In this document: positions 26,211 to 39,965 of the stretch, piece after piece | Layout: the number at the start of each line of letters is the position of its first letter | Position numbering within the stretch: position 1 is the stretch's first letter | Assembly: GCA_013239625.1 (NCBI GenBank) | Contig: MU054323.1 | Location: 4,628,214 to 4,692,213 of the forward strand | DNA: 64,000 nt | Direction of reading: 5' to 3' | Source of the DNA: Lama guanicoe | Taxonomy: Eukaryota | The notes under the pieces: generated by a model | Database searches by the model: none | Seen by the model: the letters and a program-made list of their open reading frames with translations, nothing else | What the model was told of the DNA's origin: nothing | Position numbers and translations under genes: made by a program

Positions 26211-27214
26211 CTCCCACCCTGCTGACTTCTCCACACCTCCGCCTGCATGCTGTGCAATATGCTGGAGGTGCTCGGCTCCATGGGAGGACAGAAGACGGAA
26301 ATGTTGATTCCAGCTAAAGAGATCTCCAGAAGCTTTGCGAAAGAAGTGACATTTGAGCCAGGACTTAGGAGATTAAATATCTAAGGAACGGATAGGCTTA
26401 GTGACTTGTTCAAAATTTCCTAAGTTCTTCAAATACAGGGTTTTTTTTTTTATGCTCAGACTCAGACTCTTTTTTTCAAGAATGTGTAATATAGACCCGT
26501 CGAGTTGTGCCTTTCTTTCGCTGTAGCTTATTTCTCTTTTCTTGAGCTTCGAACAAAGAAATATGCAGAATTTGGAAGGACAAGAGCTTCAGACTCCCTG
26601 AAGATTGTGTATAAAAATATATTCGTGTCATTCCACAGAGTCGAGTACAAATGGTACAAATTGAAAGCGTTTATTCATGCCCAAACTAGCCCAAATCCTC
26701 CTACTAATAAATACAGCCCAGATTTGCTCTCTGGGTACGTGGACCATAAAACATACCAGTATACGAATCCAAAAGTGAAAGGCGCTCTAGCAAAGGTTCC
26801 ATTCATGAAATGATATAGAGCAGAAATAAAGCTTGACTCCATAGTCAAATTTTGAAAAGCTATATTTCCATACACTTCTCAGACACATGTAAAACTCTTT
26901 TTCACGTAAAATAAATACAAGTCCCGAGTAGTTTTAATTAGCGATCTTGGAGACATGCTGCACCTGTTCCAATTCATCCGCAGAGATGAAAACCCTTCAC
27001 CCTTTTCATTTGCTGACAAGTTAATAGACATTTCCAACTCATGCCAGCACATGGAGTTTTGCAGCTTTCTTGTGACAGGTGAATAATAAAGCTGCACGGG
27101 AACGTGGTGACTGTACACAGAAAATCCTCAGCGAGTGTAAATTCCTGACCAGGGGCGACAGGTCCCCCATTGTTCCGCAGGCCCGTGCACGCGTGGCTGA
27201 TGCATCGCTGTGTT

Positions 27215-27430
27215 TGTATTAGCAGGTTTACTGAGGTGTAATTTACATAGCATACAATCCTCCCATCGAAAGTGCACAACTCAGTCAGGTTTCATCCATC
27301 TACAGGGTGGTGCGACATCACAAGAATCGAATTTTAAAACATTTCCATCAGCCCCAAAAGCAACTGCATGCCCATTTACAGATATTCCCTATTCACCTCC
27401 CTCCTCCAACTTCAGACCTAGGCAGATACC
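27215..27430 (-). mobile_element. L1MB-like 3' terminal fragment
   Basis: caggtttactgaggtgtaatttacatagcatacaat...aagtgcacaactcag...aacatttccatcagccccaaaag. Confidence 0.75.
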
Positions 27431-27768
27431 ACGATGCTTCATTTTCACTGCACTTTAGTATAGAAGATAGTGACTGCTTTGTGTATTGGGGCAATGAATA
27501 ATAGCTTGGCACGTATTCACTGGAGAACATGATTTGGTACAGCCATCATATGGCCGTAGGTGTGGGTATGCGTGTGTGTAGGTGTAGATGTGTATGAGCA
27601 TCTGTATCCATGTGTCCGTGCACGTTGGTTAAATGGAAATGCAAGAACTCATTCCTGAAGAGAAGCAGAGGTTGGAAGTCACCTTACACGTTGATAGGAA
27701 AAGCTGTCAGCAGAGCCATTTAGTATAACAAGGTGCATTTTACTAAGAAAAGAACAAAAATGCAATTA

Positions 27769-27968
27769 CAGTAGATTCTCCTTATTTGGAGATTCTGTAT
27801 TCACAGGTCATCTCTGGAAAAGATATTTGTAACCCCCAAATCAGTACTCATGGTTCGCAGTCATTTCTGGACGTGCATAGAGCAGCCGAAAGTTTGAGTC
27901 CCTTGGCTCCCTCCCCCGTGTTCCCAGCTGAGGTCCATCAGAGGAACACTTTGCCTTCTTGTTTCAGA
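27769..27968 (+). mobile_element. TcMar-Tigger MITE fragment (MER2B/MER44-like)
   Basis: TA|cagtagattctccttattt...tttgtaacccccaaatcagtactc...ttcccagctgaggtc...tgccttcttgtttcag. Confidence 0.75.
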
Positions 27969-27999
27969 CAGAGATGAGCACGGATGGAGGAGGTCAGGG

Positions 28000-28160
28000 G
28001 CAGTGCAGCGTGATGCAGGGAGCTTCAGCTCTGCGGACAGTTGGACCAGGTTTGAATCCAACTCTAACACCTGTTGGCAGAGCAGCCTCAGGCAAGTCAA
28101 TTAAAACTTCTGAACCTCATTTACTCTTTCTTAAAATAAAAGAGAATGGAATCTATTAGA
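28000..28160 (+). mobile_element. MIR SINE fragment
   Basis: ccaggtttgaatccaactct...caggcaagtcaattaaaacttctgaacctcattt. Confidence 0.65.
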
Positions 28161-28509
28161 ATGAGTTTAAGAGCTGGGATTGCAATCTATGGGGTCTCTC
28201 TCTTTCTCACTCTCTCCCTGCTATTTATCTGTTTCCTGCAGGGGCAATGGTTCACTATTCATTCACTTCATTGACCATAGCTATTGTGAGTAACAAGAAT
28301 TGACGGCATATTCTAGAGATTGTTGATTGTGACGGTGAGGCTAGGGGAGCTTTTCTCATAGGATAAACTTTCCATGGATATTTTATCCTACAAAAATAAT
28401 TACAACTCCCTTCAAGTGTCCTTCTTTCTCAATACTCCACTCTTTATATGGAGGGGCCGTTTCTAAGTTTCCAGAGTAAGACAGAGAAGAAATCCTTGAA
28501 ACTGTAGAA

Positions 28510-29000
28510 ATTAGAAACATATTTTGTTGCAAGTAACACAGCTCTAACTGATAGGACTTGAACACAGGGGTTTTGTTACTCTCACATACCAAGAGATGGG
28601 AGGGGCAAGATGCTCCTGTTTGCTTAGCTGCTCAGGGTAGAAAGCAAGGCCCCTGCCATCCTCCCACTCCATCATCCTCAGTGATGCCTCTCATCCTCAT
28701 TTTTTTTTTTGCCTCATAGACATGAGATGGCTGCAAAAGCACCGGACCTCATGGGAAGAAGGGGAGGGAAAAAGGGCTCAGAATTTTATTCAGAGTCTGT
28801 CCTTCATTATCAGGGTCAGAAAAGAAACATTTTACCAGAAATGACTCTTCCATAGGTCTCACTGGCCATGTGACATATGGACTTTTAAGACCACTGAGAC
28901 TAATTTTAATTTACAGCCTGGACTGGTCATGTTACTACCCCAAGCAAAACCGAGTTTTCATAAACCATGAAGAAGAGGTCACGGGCACTGGGCATCCTGG
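28510..29000 (-). mobile_element. Old MLT1 (MLT1K/L-like) LTR
   Basis: gttgcaagtaacacag...ctcacataccaaga...gatggctgcaaaagcacc...ctcactggcca...ccaagcaaaaccgagttt. Confidence 0.6.
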
Positions 29001-29854
29001 AGACAATTTATCTGAACACAATTCTGGATATAAGCAGAGTGGGACCCCATTTAAATTTCTGATGTGGCATCTATCCTGGTAGATAGCTCAGATGCAGAGC
29101 TCTTCCCTGGCTTTAGCCCTGTGCCGTAGAATGAAAAACTGGCTTTTCAGGATTGAGATTTAACCGACCCTTCATCCCACTATGGCTCAGAAGCTTCCTT
29201 TTTGACGATTCTGTGAAAGATTTTATTCTCTGGAAAAAATGTAAGTCTATTGCATGGATACAAACTTGAAGAATTATTTTTGCAAGTTGAGTATCTTGTT
29301 AAAAATAAGAAAAGAGACATTTTCAAATAAAAATGTCAGTCAGGGGATGAGAAGTTGAAAATCTTCATTCAGTTTCCCATGTGTATTTATAACTCTTGAG
29401 CCAAAGTCGGATAAAAGGGCTCCCCCATGACAACCTTAAAATCTCAGACACCAGAATTTCCCAACCAGATTTACAAGAATTCCTCCCACATTATTCTAGG
29501 TCCTTTTAAAAAAGAATTTAATATTTTATTAAAATATAACATGGTTAATTTAACAAAAATTAATTTTAGTAATTCAATACATTTATGTATTACATGTATT
29601 TCATGGCCCACTCGTATTTTTATTACTGCCCAAAAAGATTAATCTTTTTTTTTTTTACATTTTTTATTGATTCATAATCATTTTACAGTGTTTTGTCAAA
29701 TTCCAGTGTTCAGCACAATTTTTCAGTCATTCATGGACATATACACACTCATTGTCACATTTTTTTTTTTTTGATTTATCATAACATTTTGTGTATATTT
29801 CCCTGTGCTATACAGTGTAATCTTGTTTATCTATTCTACAATTTTGAAATCCCA

Positions 29855-30628
29855 NNNNNNNNNNNNNNNNNNNNNNNNNNNNNNNNNNNNNNNNNNNNNN
29901 NNNNNNNNNNNNNNNNNNNNNNNNNNNNNNNNNNNNNNNNNNNNNNNNNNNNNNNNNNNNNNNNNNNNNNNNNNNNNNNNNNNNNNNNNNNNNNNNNNNN
30001 NNNNNNNNNNNNNNNNNNNNNNNNNNNNNNNNNNNNNNNNNNNNNNNNNNNNNNNNNNNNNNNNNNNNNNNNNNNNNNNNNNNNNNNNNNNNNNNNNNNN
30101 NNNNNNNNNNNNNNNNNNNNNNNNNNNNNNNNNNNNNNNNNNNNNNNNNNNNNNNNNNNNNNNNNNNNNNNNNNNNNNNNNNNNNNNNNNNNNNNNNNNN
30201 NNNNNNNNNNNNNNNNNNNNNNNNNNNNNNNNNNNNNNNNNNNNNNNNNNNNNNNNNNNNNNNNNNNNNNNNNNNNNNNNNNNNNNNNNNNNNNNNNNNN
30301 NNNNNNNNNNNNNNNNNNNNNNNNNNNNNNNNNNNNNNNNNNNNNNNNNNNNNNNNNNNNNNNNNNNNNNNNNNNNNNNNNNNNNNNNNNNNNNNNNNNN
30401 NNNNNNNNNNNNNNNNNNNNNNNNNNNNNNNNNNNNNNNNNNNNNNNNNNNNNNNNNNNNNNNNNNNNNNNNNNNNNNNNNNNNNNNNNNNNNNNNNNNN
30501 NNNNNNNNNNNNNNNNNNNNNNNNNNNNNNNNNNNNNNNNNNNNNNNNNNNNNNNNNNNNNNNNNNNNNNNNNNNNNNNNNNNNNNNNNNNNNNNNNNNN
30601 NNNNNNNNNNNNNNNNNNNNNNNNNNNN
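29855..30628. other. Assembly gap (774 N)
   Basis: Run of N. Confidence 1.
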
Positions 30629-30871
30629 AGGTTTTCTTCTTGTTTTATTTCTGGTTTCCTTTGCTCTGCAGAAGCTTGTAAGTTTCATTAGGTCCCATTT
30701 GTTTATTCTTGCTTTTATTTCTTCTAGGAGAAAATTTTTGAAATGTATGTCAGATAATGTTTTGCCTATGTTTTCCTCTCGGAGGTTTATTGTATCTTGT
30801 CTTATGTTTAAGTCTTTAATCCATTTTGAGTTGATTTTTGTATATGGTGTAAGGGTGTGTTCTAGCTTCAT
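30629..30871 (-). pseudogene. L1 ORF2p C-terminal-region fragment
   Basis: [42 protein letters not shown]...[18 protein letters not shown] is recognisable LINE-1 ORF2 sequence downstream of the RT domain. Confidence 0.95.
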
Positions 30872-31988
30872 TGTTTTACAAAAAGATTAATCTTAAAAAT
30901 TTTTTTAATGTTAGATTTCTAGTAAAAATTTTAATCTTTACTTTTTTGCGTGCTATCAATAACAGTCTCTTCCAATATCCCATAAAAATATCAACAAAAT
31001 TATGTAATTTAGGAAAACCTTATAAACCCCTGGAACTTGAGGACAAAAGTGAACTCAGGCCAAAATATGGCAATAATAGTCACTAATGATGAGACTAAGA
31101 AACTTGACTTGGAAAACAGATCATGTTTTGTGTTTGGTCTGCCCCCTGAATTAAAACATTTTCCAGCCAGGAGAAAGGTAACAGAAGCCTTTGATTCACT
31201 GTGTTGTGTATCCTTTGCTCAAGGTCAGAGAAGACTATTTAAGTAGAAAATTAAGCAGCCCCTCCTCACCCCCACCTCACCTCCACATCAGGATGACTGT
31301 CTCCTGGACCTTAAGAAATCATTGTGCAGGATAAAGCGGTGACCAATATCTGGGGTCAGCAGAACCCGAGGTGGACCCTAGCTCCATAATATGCTAGCTT
31401 AGCTACTTTGTGTAGGCTCTCCGTTAAGTGGGAGTAGTAACAGTAGTCCACATTCAGTAAGTACTTGATAGATATTCTAACTGATCATCTATCAAAGATT
31501 ATCAACACACTTCCTGCCATCATCACATACACCCAGAAGGGAGGAGGCAAGATGAGAGAGAGGAGAAGAGAGACGAGACAGAGGAAGAGGGAGAGGAGGA
31601 AGGAGGAGCTAGAGATGATGAATCTGCAGGCAGATTGTGGTCTGAAAAGTGGGACATGAATTGCTTGACATGCATTGTCCTATTTCTCCTTAATAACAAT
31701 ACAGAGGAGGAGTCATTCCTGGAAAAATACACGATGCTACAGTTGCGCTTTTGAATATATTACATGTATTAAGAGATACAGATTGAACACGTCTCCTTTC
31801 CACATTGTGGAAAGAAACAGACATTGAAGCCTAAGAAAAGTCCACCATAAACATACTGGCTATGCAAAAAACAAACAAACAAGTGGTTTCAGTATCAATA
31901 GAACAAGGAGTCACGGAGAAAGCAAAGATTTGGGTGAAGACAGATACAAAGAGAAGGCAAGATAGAAAAATCTGTTTAAAGTCTCAAG

Positions 31989-32222
31989 AAGTAGTTTTCA
32001 ATTGAGGGTGATTTTGCACCCTTCCTCCCCCTAGGGAGTATTTGGCAATGTCTGGGGACATTTTTAATAGTCATGACTTAAGAGATACTGCTTGCATTTA
32101 GCGGGTACAGGTTAATGCTGCTAAGTAGTAGACAATGTGTTATATATGTTGCTATATACTCCCTCACAGCCAAGATTCACTGGCTCAAGCGCCCGCCCAC
32201 AGTGCTGGGATTGAGAGACTCT
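31989..32222. mobile_element. MER20 (hAT-Charlie)
   Basis: agtagttttcaattgagggtgattttgcaccc...tttggcaatgtctggggacattttt...atgctgctaa...cagtgctgggattgagagactctg. Confidence 0.85.
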
Positions 32223-32734
32223 GCTCTGAAGGAAGGTTGATGGTTGAAATCAAAGGGATTCATCATCAGAGCTGACCCTACAGGAAACTGCATCATGCAT
32301 GAGATCTAATTGAAAGGCTTTTTGCTAATTCAGAAGAAATGCAGACTATGCCCAGAAAAAGTATATTACATATAGAACAGAGGAGATAAGACCCAACCTA
32401 TGAAAAATAGATATATATATAGAGAGAGAGAGAAAATTAAGACAGAAATATAGAGAGGAATAATAGATTAAAAATTTACCCAAATGGAAGGATCAGTTTG
32501 GTCTAGGCAAAAAAGACATCCTTTGATTTGTAACAAAACGTGTTAAAAAAAAAAATCTAGGTGTAAAATAAGGATAACTTCATTAAAGAAAATCCAGTCT
32601 GGACCTCAGATTTCTCCGAAGTAAAATGCCAAAACAAACAAACCAGGACTCCACAGACAAAAACAAACAAAAGTCCCTGGAGCAATGTCCATAGAAATTT
32701 AAGGAGAAAAGCTTCAGTTAAATAAATATGTACC

Positions 32735-32856
32735 AGGAAAAATGGATATATGCATGTTCATGAATGACTGAAGCATTATGCTGTACACCAGAAACTGACA
32801 TAACATTGTAAACTGACTATACATCAATAAAAATATATTAAAAAATTAAAAAAAAA
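32735..32856 (+). mobile_element. Short, relatively young L1 3' tail (camelid-like) with A-rich tail
   Basis: atgactgaagcattatgctgtacaccagaaactgacataacattgtaaactgactatacatcaataaaaa...aaaaaaaa. Confidence 0.85.
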
Positions 32857-35800
32857 GTTGTGTACCAAATAAATAGCCATTCTTCCATAGGCAAGGAAAG
32901 GTACTCTAATTCCATGTTTTCAACTAAAAAGTATGAATATTCCCAGCCAACAACAACAGCGAAGTTGGGAAGTAATAATTTAGGGTAGCCATGCTATCAA
33001 AAGCCTGCTTGAGTATTAGAAACAGATAAAATAATTAATTGGAATTTTGATAACAAAGTGAAATTCACATATTAAACTTATTCTTAAAAGTTAAATGGTA
33101 TAGACATCCTTTATGAACAGTAACCTACATGTAACATTCAAAATGAAATACCAAAAACTAAAGTGACTTACCTGAAATGATGAATACAAAAGGCAATATT
33201 TTTATTCATGACCTATAATTTTAGAAATTAATATTAGAAATGACTTTTTGCGAATCAAATCATCTTTACAGTTCTATTTTAAATGTTTCACTCTTTCATA
33301 ATCATTAGTAACTTTTAAAAATTAGTAATTTAGCATATGTAGCAAGAGAAAGACACAGCATTAAGTGTGATAGTTTTTAAATGAATAAAAATACCACAGA
33401 AATAAGACCAAATTCATCAATGTACTTTTAACCTTCAGATTACATTGGATAAAGAGATGAGTTTTCCACTGAAAAACAATAATAATCTCACAATGAAGAT
33501 AAATCTCTGTATATGAAATAATTTTTTCCTCAAGATAAAGCCTATTATGAATGCAAAGCTAAGTTGATAGAAACATTCAGCTTCTTAGTGGATAAGTCGT
33601 TTTGAAAGAAATACGTTTATAAAAACTAGAAAAAATAAAATATTTTCCAAGTTTGCATCCTTAAACACAGAACATAATCATTAATAAAGTACAATTAAAA
33701 TTACTTATACAGAAATATATACCCTAAAAACACAGGATATATACTTTTTTAGGAAATGATGAAAATAGTTACTTTAAAAATCTCATTTTAGATCACAAAT
33801 TAAACACTAAAATATTACAAATATATGAAAATATGCATATGGGATGCTACAACATCAAAAACCACTGAAGCACGTTTCTTGAAAGTAATGTTTCTTGAAG
33901 AGAACAAATTAAGAAAAAAAATCAGAATGCTTATAAATAACTCAAAGAAATGAGGGGGAAACCTTCAGTTTCTATGCAGCATATGGAATTATCTTTATCA
34001 GAATTTGTAGGCCATATCCAAAGTTACACTCACTGACCAATGTACAGCCCCAAATGCTTTCATTATTCATTAACAAATATTAAGTTAAATTTTCAACTTC
34101 TGTAAAATAACACAACAAACCCAAGGACAGCAGAAGAATTAAAACATATGGAAATTAGTTGATTCAATACATTTGAACAATATATTGAAGAGTGAACTCT
34201 GTGGAGTAATAAAGAACATAATGAATTAAATAGGCAAATAACTTGCTGTTTTAATTAGGGGAAAAAAAGCAAAACCACAAATATATGTTATTAGAATGAA
34301 AAGTATTTCAACAGAGGGGTCATTAAAAAGTGTCAGAAAATTTTATGTAAAATTCATGCCAACAAATTTGAAGTCATAATGAAGAAGATACTTTTAACAG
34401 GTTATTTTTTTACTGATGCAAAATGAGTTAAGAAATCTTACAAAACAAACCAAGAAAAGTCTAACATCTATTGGAAAGAATTAAAAATAATCAGGACTTA
34501 CTAGGGTCTGGTAAATTTACTAAGGATTTATTTTAGATTACTAATTAAAAATTTCCAAGGTCATGTCAAATATTTCATCACTCAGAAAAATATAAAATGA
34601 TTATCAAATAATTTTATGGTACAAATATTACCCTGAGAAGCAAACCATGATTAGTATAACTCATAACTGTAGGCATAAAATTTATGAATGCAGTAGGAAA
34701 ATTCTAAATAAATTACTGACAAATAGTACATTAGTAGGAGAATTATGAAAACTAGGATTTATTTCCATATTGATACTAGGAAATTAACTATTAAAAATAA
34801 GCATGGATAAATGTATTTCTTCAACAGGACATCTATCCTTAACCAACATAGTGTGAATTCTCAGTCTTTAATGTTACGGTTGCTAGAAAATACTGGAAAA
34901 AGTATTTTTACTTAAATATAAATTATGACAAAATTGCCTGCTGTTCCCACTGCTCTTTCACATTGTTTTAAAACACTGACCAAGATAGGAGACTGGAAAC
35001 ACAAATAAAATCTGTAGCTATTGGTAATGAGGACAAAGTATCAATATTTATGAGTTGCTTCTGTGGAAACACAAGATAATTAACTGAAATATGATTCAAG
35101 ATAATATAAAGTGAATCAAAACCTTTCCAATGCACTGGCAGTAACAAATTGAAAGACGGAATGAGAAAATAACGTGTTTATGAGAGTAACAAAACATAGA
35201 CCTGATAGAACATCTTGATAAGAAATGTGGAGAACTATAGAAATTAAACAAAAACCCCCCAAACTACTAGGCATATAAAGCATGATGATATACACTGTGC
35301 TTCTGGATGTGAGTATCAAACATTGTAAGGGTGTTATATCTTCCTAAATAAATATGCAGTTTTAAGATAATCCCAATCAAGATTTAAATTAGATTGTTTT
35401 GTTCTTTCTGTCAAAAAAATGGGAGGCTTGAAAAGCTTATTTGCAAGTTTGATTGGGATAAAACAGATAATGTTGAAACAGAAAGTCACAATGAATAGTA
35501 AAAAAATTACCCAGTTTTTAATGGAAATTTAATTATAAAATTACAACAACTAAGAGATAGTTGAATTGATAGGAGGATGAAAACGGATTTAGTTGAAATG
35601 ACTGATTGGCCTTAAACTATACTACAGAACTTATCACAATCTAATTATGATAAAGAAAGCAACGTACACCAATGGGAAATCAATTAATTATTCAGGATAT
35701 GGTGTTGGGAGAATAAATATATGAAGTAGGGGTTTTTCCTCATACAGTTCATCAATATGTATGCCATCTGTGTAAAGAATTGGCATAGAAAATAAAGACA

Positions 35801-36329
35801 TCCTTCAAAAAATCTGCTAAATGTACTCACCTGGGCGTATTTGTGTGCATTATGTTTGGAAGATAGATTTTTCTAAGTAGAAATCAGCCAAAAGATATCC
35901 AAGACATGTAGCTCAGTAAAAATGTAAAATGCAAAATAAATATGACTCCAGTTTTGCTAAAAAAGTAAAAGAAGGAAATATAATTTTATGTGTGTATGTA
36001 GGTAATGAATATATAGGTCACGTCTATAATGGCAGCTCATAAAAAGAGACTGGGGGAATGAGAGTGGGGTTAGGAAAAGATCAAGGTGGGCTTCTGCTTT
36101 ATTTTGTTTTTCAATATCTTACAATGAGGAAAATCGATTTTGTTTGTATAATTAAAATTAATTTAATTTTAAAGAAAAAATTAAAATAAATCCACGGGGA
36201 ACATTATACAAACAAAAGCATTGTGTTATATGCACAGTATACAATTTACAAGGCAGAAAAAGTAAGTTGATGAAGCAAATGACAAACCGAGCCATTACTG
36301 AAACATATATTTTCACTTTCTAAAATGTC

Positions 36330-37170
36330 ATTAAGAAACCATTTTTTAAAACGTTTCAATATAGAAGTGGCCACTCAATACGAGCAATTTACAAAGGCCA
36401 GAAAACGTGTTAAAAAGATCATGTCTGCAAGTAATCAGAGATGCAAATGAAAATAAGATCGATTTTTCACTCACTACATTGAAATAGATTTTTTTAAAAC
36501 GTATTTCGATAGTAGAGAGAATGAATTTTATGAGCAGTTTTACATGCTCCTGGAAGTGAGGGTTTGGGTAACCTTCCTCTGAAAAATTTTTCAAAATTTA
36601 CCAAATCCTTGATGAAAACTTAACTTTTGCTTCAACAATACCACTTTTCGTCATCTATCACATTTGTAAGAGAGAAAGAGAGAAGCAGACAGAGAGATAT
36701 AAGCAAGTGTTTATGCAAAATGATGATTATTGCATCAAAATTTACCATAGCATAAAAAAGGAAAACAATTCAAGTTTCCAACAATTGAGAATTAAACATG
36801 CAGAATATCGGCACGAGGGACAGATACACACTAATTAAAACTCAGGTTACAGAAGACTATCCACCATCATCATAATAGATGGAAAAGTTGAGTGCAAAAC
36901 TGTTCATTTTGTTTAATTTACACATATAAACAGTGATAAAGAATCCTTGTGTAAGATAGGACAAAATATTCAGAGTGCACGTGAACGGGTTTATTGGTAA
37001 GTGTAGACATGGAGATAAGGAGGTATATATTTTGGAAATCTCTCTATATAATTATATCTATCATTAATTTAAAGTTATTTGTTTTCTTCATGAAACTCTT
37101 CTGTTTTTAAATGTTCATCTTTTTTTTAGTGAGCATCCACTGTTTTCATAGTCAGAAAAAAAAGCATTAA
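36330..37170 (+). mobile_element. L1ME-like 3' region
   Basis: agtaatcagagatgcaaatgaaa...aaccttcctctgaaaa...cttcaacaataccactt...aaacaattcaagtttccaacaattgagaatt. Confidence 0.65.
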
Positions 37171-38042
37171 AAACAAAGAGTACAGACGCCCTTTCCTCAA
37201 GCGAGTGTCTGCCTTTTCGCTGACAGCACCGCATCCACTAAACATTCAAACAAGCATCTTCCGTGACAGATTCTCGAGGCTCTGAACAGGCATTTTTATG
37301 AGCACTTAATGACCAAATATTTAGAAATTCTCACAACACCTCTGTGAAGTAGGTAAGGGAGCACACCATTCTTTCAAAAGCAAGCCCTGCTTGAAGTTCC
37401 TCCTTCACTAATCTTGTCAAGATTGTCAACTCTCCCCCACACTACAAATGGCAATAGCAACGACTTTTCTTTCTTCCTAGTAATAATAATAGTAAAATGC
37501 CATAATAACCAGGAATAAGTTTACCCAGAGGAGGAGTTGGAGCCTGCTTTGGTGGTCCAAGTTTTTAATAGGGCCGCCAGAGTCCCCACAGAGTCCCCAA
37601 ATCCATCTCCAGGGATTCAGTGATGCAAAGAAAATCAAACACCATGTCCTTTCATTCATTATTAATACAGATATCTATTAAATGCCTACTTTCTGGTTGC
37701 TGATGATAAAGCAGTGAAAAACAACAAAACCAGTGTTTCTAACTTCAAGGAGCTCACAATCTAGTGTAATTGACGCTTAGCATTCCCCCTTCCTCTCTGC
37801 TTTCCAGACCTCCAAAAAGTTCGTACAGCAGTATCCCTAAAGTCTTGGCTCCTTCCAATTCCCAGAACAATCTAGATACAAAATAGGATGAATATGAATA
37901 CATACATATGTATTGCTGAAAATTAAAACTTACGCCTAAGCAGTCCTGCGATGCTTTGCCCCTATTCCTACCTGACCTGTGATCTGGTGCTGCTTTCTGA
38001 AACTACATCCTGTCAATCAAATCCTGGATCTGATGTCTCTAT

Positions 38043-38235
38043 AGCTGTGCTGTCAAATATGATAGCTACTAGCTACCTGTGATTATTGCAATTAAAATTA
38101 CAGTTAATTTAATGGTTCAGTTCTCAGTCAAACTAGCCACAATTCAAGTACTCAATAACCACATGGCGAGTGGCCATTATATTAGGACAAACACAAGAGA
38201 CATCACGGTGAAAGGTCTAGTGGGTGGCTCTGCTC
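38043..38235. mobile_element. MER3/MER33-like hAT-Charlie MITE
   Basis: gctgtcaaatatgatagctactagctacctgtg...ttcagttctcagtcaaactagccacaattcaagtactcaataaccacatggc. Confidence 0.75.
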
Positions 38236-39489
38236 TTTAGTTTTACTGGGATTTGCATCACTTGTTTGTTTAATAGAAACTTTCCCCAACTCTCATTCTG
38301 TATTTCCAGAACTTGTTGTCTGGTCTTTCTTCTCAGATCTTGACTCTTCCCTGAACATTCCCAGTCTGCCGCTCATTAGTGAAATACTTGGATGACCACT
38401 AAGCGACTAGATTTATGAGACTCACGCAGTCCACATTTTCACTGTGTTCTTCCCACCTGTATTCCAAGCAGGTGTTAATTTCTGAAATGTGGCTAAGTCT
38501 GCCATGCACAGAACTTTGAAGCAGGTTAGACCTCTCTCTCCTGCAGAGCTTAATTCCGCTTAATAGAAACATACTCATCTTCAAAGGATATACTTCCCAA
38601 TGAACTTGGTCCTCACAACCGCAACCTCCGGGTTTGCAGGGATAAATATCCCCACCAAATACCTGACTTTAATGAATTTCCTTGAACCTTGACTTGCCCT
38701 CCTTGATACATTTCTAGAATCAAAGTTCTTTGGCCCAATCTCTTTCCATGGTCCTGGAGTATACTGGTGGGAAGATCTTTTTCCAGATTCTCCCTCCATC
38801 TCCTCTTCCAATCCCGGGAACTACCAAGGTATATGCCTTGCATCTCAGTCTTGAATCATTCATCCAACAAGATCAAAAGCTCATGCCTTGAGCACAGGTT
38901 CTGTCTTAGGCAGTGTGCTGCAAGAGGATTTACAGAGAGGACTGAAACATCACTCCCTTCCTTAAGGAGATCACTGTGTAATTACACCATGAAATTCTCT
39001 GACACAGGAAAGAGCCTTTCTTCCTGAAGTAAGAGATCATGTTCAGAATACAAGTAAACCTTAGGAGAAGAGAATCACTGGTCCCAGATTTACTTCTGCC
39101 ACAGAAGCAAAGACTGGTTCAGAAATGGGAAGAACAAGACTATTAAAAAAAAAAAAAGATGGTACTAACAATAAAAACTTTGCAAGGTGAATTTTTTGTG
39201 TATGTGAGATAGTCTAGTTTTCATATATTTATGCTTTAAAAGATCTTATGAAAAATGATGACTGAGGACAAGAATTTCTGCAGATTTTTCAAAATTCCTT
39301 AGTAGTTAGATTGCTCTGATAAACTAGAAACATTCTTCAATTTTCCCCCCAAACTGAAGCCCACGTCAACTTTAGATTGATTTGGACCATTTTTTTTTGA
39401 CTCCAAGTTTTGGACTCCATGTAGATAGTCCTCCTTATTCAGTGCACCCTTTTAATGAGTTTTATGTTTTTAGACTGGTCTATTCTGAA

Positions 39490-39965
39490 TACTCACTCAT
39501 TCATTTATCCAACAAATATTTATTAATTATCCAGAATGTGCTAGCCCCTGTTCTGGGTGTTGGAAATACAGTGGTGACCATGAGAGACGAAGCCCTTGTT
39601 TGCTTACACGTTGCACTGAAGATAAGGCAATTAATGCATATTAATGTATCTGGTATTGGAAAGTGCTAAGAAAAAGAAAGCAGGGTAAACAGAGTGTATC
39701 ATTTGCTCTCAGGGTATTTAGGGACACGCTTTCTGAGGAGGTGGCTTCTGAGTAGAGACCAGAATGGTATGAGATGGTAAACCGTATGGATCTCTTGGGA
39801 AAAGTAACCCACATAGAGAAAGCAACTAATGAAAAATCCCTGAGCAGGTTTGCAACACCCACTGATTTTTGTTTTAAAAGGATTTCTCTGGCTTCTGTGT
39901 GAATGATAGACGTGCATGCAGAGGCGAGACAGAAGCAGAGACACCACGAAGAGACTATACGTCCT
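39490..39965 (-). mobile_element. L2 3' end
   Basis: cactcattcatttatccaacaaatatttatt...ctgttctgggtgttggaaatacagtggtga...ctgaggaggtggcttctgagtagagacc...ttttaaaaggatttctctggct. Confidence 0.85.

Larger units (their letters stand above)
29647..30878 (-). mobile_element. Young 5'-truncated LINE-1 (camelid-like) with poly(A) tail and 16-bp TSD
   Basis: Poly-T tail at the left end; L1 3'UTR to 29854; ORF2 fragment on the right; identical caaaaagattaatctt at 29631-29646 and 30879-30894; TTTT/AAGA endonuclease-like site on the minus strand. Confidence 0.95.
31730..36170 (+). mobile_element. Highly degraded old L1 (L1M) spanning ORF1/ORF2 remnants, with nested insertions
   Basis: Very A-rich sense strand with L1 phrases (catgccaacaaatttgaa, aaaattctaaataaattact, gcctgctgttcccactgctctttcacattgt, atcccaatcaaga, ttatgataaag); no ORF. 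Confidence 0.7.

Noticed and set aside
29693..30890. Long 332-361 aa ORFs in the ORF track
   Set aside because: Artefacts of translating through the N gap; only the minus-strand 30629-30871 part is real (L1 ORF2).
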